Assembly (NCBI GenBank): GCA_000708835.1
Contig: DF238762.1
Span: 117,483-181,482 of the forward strand
Direction: 5' to 3'
Source: Klebsormidium nitens
Lineage: Eukaryota; Plantae; Klebsormidiophyceae
Length of the DNA: 64,000 nucleotides
Below, in pieces: positions 62,358-64,000 of the stretch (within the stretch, counting starts at the first letter, position 1; every line of letters starts with the position of its first letter). The notes under the pieces were generated by a model. That model was not told the DNA's origin and ran no database searches. It was given only the letters and a program-made list of their open reading frames with translations. The position numbers were made by a program, and so were the translations under genes.

Positions 62358-63284
62358 TTAAATTTTATTTGTAAAAAGCCCATACGTATGTAATCCTTGG
62401 CCTAACCAATTTAACCCAAAATAACATATCCATAAAGTAATAAGTCCAAATGAAGCTAAAATAGCTGATCTAAAACCTTCCCATCTTTGAAAAACCCTAA
62501 AGTGTAAATAAGTTGCAAACACAAGCCAAGTAATAAAAGCCCACGTCTCTTTTGGATCCCAACTCCAATAAGAACCCCAAGCTTCATTTGCCCAAACTGC
62601 TCCTGAAAGAATACCAATAGTTAACAAACAAAACCCGGTAGTAATACTTCGAACACTTATTTGATCAAGAGTTTTCAAAAATAAAATATTTTTTTCTTTT
62701 TCTAAAAGCATATGGTTTAGAAATTGTAATGAAAAAGAAATCTCTAGTTTTTTTTTTGAAACAGCTAAAAAAATTAATGAAACTAATGAACCAAAAAAAA
62801 GACAAGAATAACTGAGCATCATTACACTTACATGCATAAGCAACCAATTAGATTGAAGAGCTGGAATCAAATAACTCGGTGTTCGCATACTTAAAGGAAG
62901 AGAAAGATTTGCAAATCCGTTTATTAAAAGTGCAGAGGAACTAATTACTGCAACAACTGATGAATGAGTTATTTCTGATTGATTCCCAAGTAAACCAAAA
63001 GTAAGAATTCCCCAGCAAAGCCAAAGAAGAGATTCATAAAGATTGCTTAAAGGAGCATGTTGAGATATAAACCACCGTGTTATTAAAATAGTTCCCAAAA
63101 ATAAGCTTGAAAACCAAACAAATAGTCTACTTTGAAAAAGAAATTTATTTTTTTGATAATAAAAAATTATTTTCTTATTAAAAACATTTGTAAATGTTGT
63201 TTCCCACCAAGAAAATAATGTTGCACAGAATAAGCTTATAAAACACCCATTTTGAAGTATAGATTCAAACTCAAAATAATTCAT
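62358..63284 (-). CDS. ccsA: Cytochrome c biogenesis protein CcsA
   Basis: HAPLSNLYESL, PALQSNWLLMHVSVMMLSY, SGAVWANEAWGSYWSWDPKETWAFITW. Confidence 0.98.
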   Translation of the reverse strand: MNYFEFESILQNGCFISLFCATLFSWWETTFTNVFNKKIIFYYQKNKFLFQSRLFVWFSSLFLGTILITRWFISQHAPLSNLYESLLWLCWGILTFGLLGNQSEITHSSVVAVISSSALLINGFANLSLPLSMRTPSYLIPALQSNWLLMHVSVMMLSYSCLFFGSLVSLIFLAVSKKKLEISFSLQFLNHMLLEKEKNILFLKTLDQISVRSITTGFCLLTIGILSGAVWANEAWGSYWSWDPKETWAFITWLVFATYLHFRVFQRWEGFRSAILASFGLITLWICYFGLNWLGQGLHTYGLFTNKI

Positions 63285-63436
63285 ATTTATATTTAAATAT
63301 TAGTTAAAGATTTAGAATTAAGTATAAGACTTATAATCTTATTTATAAAGATTTTTTAAATAAAAGTTTAAATTTATTTGACTTTTAACTTTTAATAATT
63401 TTATTTATTAACTCTTAAGTTAAAAAATAATTTTTA

Positions 63437-63490
63437 TAAATTAACTTTCAATTCAGTTCAATAAAAATAATTGAATTGAAAGTTAATTTA
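63437..63490. terminator. Long AT-rich stem-loop after the ORF167 stop
   Basis: taaattaactttcaattcagtt...aattgaattgaaagttaattta, a 22-bp stem with one G:T pair. Confidence 0.7.
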
Positions 63491-63496
63491 CAAAAA

Positions 63497-64000
63497 TTAA
63501 AACTCTTCTGATTTTATTATATTTTTAATCTGTTCTAAATGAACAGAAATAGCGGCTGCTTTTTTTTTTAAGCTTTTTACTTTCTTTTTTACCCATTTCT
63601 CAGAAATAAGTAAAAAAGGGACTAAATTGCTTCGATTTTTTTCTTCATTTTCGTAAATACAAATTTCCTCGTAACATGACGTGAGGTAAAAGCGGGATAT
63701 TAATTTGAGCTCTACCGTGTTCCAAAGCTCTTCAGTAGTTAATCCTGTTGGATTTATACCTAATAAATCAAGTGGTAATATAATCTCGGAATTGTTTCTT
63801 CGACGCAAACCGTGTGACCCATAAATTATTACACAATTCTCGTGCAAGTTTAAAACTAATGTTCCACCGCGGAGCCACGTTTTCTCCGTTTTCCACTTGT
63901 GAGTCTTAAGCCAAACGAAGGGAATAAAGGCCTCGCTTGGCCATCGAAGCCCCACCCAAGACATACTTTCGTTATCAATCTTACTATCTTTCGGGTCCAT
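63497..64000 (-). CDS. Orphan ORF167 (family E), possibly 5'-partial at the window edge
   Basis: Paralog of ORF91; its ATG coincides with the last base of the window. Confidence 0.7.
   Translation of the reverse strand: MDPKDSKIDNESMSWVGLRWPSEAFIPFVWLKTHKWKTEKTWLRGGTLVLNLHENCVIIYGSHGLRRRNNSEIILPLDLLGINPTGLTTEELWNTVELKLISRFYLTSCYEEICIYENEEKNRSNLVPFLLISEKWVKKKVKSLKKKAAAISVHLEQIKNIIKSEEF

Overview
This is a plastid (chloroplast) genome segment of a streptophyte green alga. The gene content (odpB, tufA, ycf20, rpl21, trnP-GGG, ndh genes, chlL/chlN, unsplit 23S/4.5S, group II introns in trnI/trnA) is most consistent with a Klebsormidiophyceae-like alga; this assignment is inference and was not database-checked. 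Gene order: psbD(partial)-psbC-cemA(2 introns)-petA-psbE/F/L/J-[orphan ORF cassette]-psaA-psaB-rps14-psbA exon 1 with the 5' half of an ORF-bearing group II intron-odpB-psaI-ycf4-trnF(-)-rrs-trnI-trnA-[1.5 kb insert]-rrl-rrf-ndhH/A/I/G/E-psaC-ndhD(intron)-chlL-chlN-ycf1(-, 4164 aa)-rpl32(-)-ndhF(-)-rpl21-trnP-trnL-tufA-trnR(-)-ycf20(-)-trnN(-)-ORF91-ccsA(-)-ORF167(-). The most striking non-standard content is three orphan gene families, each present twice and recognisable only by aligning ORFs of this window to each other: (A) ORF274 and a prematurely stopped copy at 7274-7597; (B/C) ORF180+ORF405, joined by a phased A7 slippery site, with a decayed copy inside the rRNA operon; (E) ORF91 and ORF167 in inverted orientation around ccsA. 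Also notable: a 33-nt cemA micro-exon between two group II introns (the first apparently lacking a branch-point A), a probably trans-spliced psbA, a 16S rRNA C1192G-equivalent predicting spectinomycin resistance, a giant ycf1, and a displaced copy of the psaA leader. All alignments and counts were done by hand.
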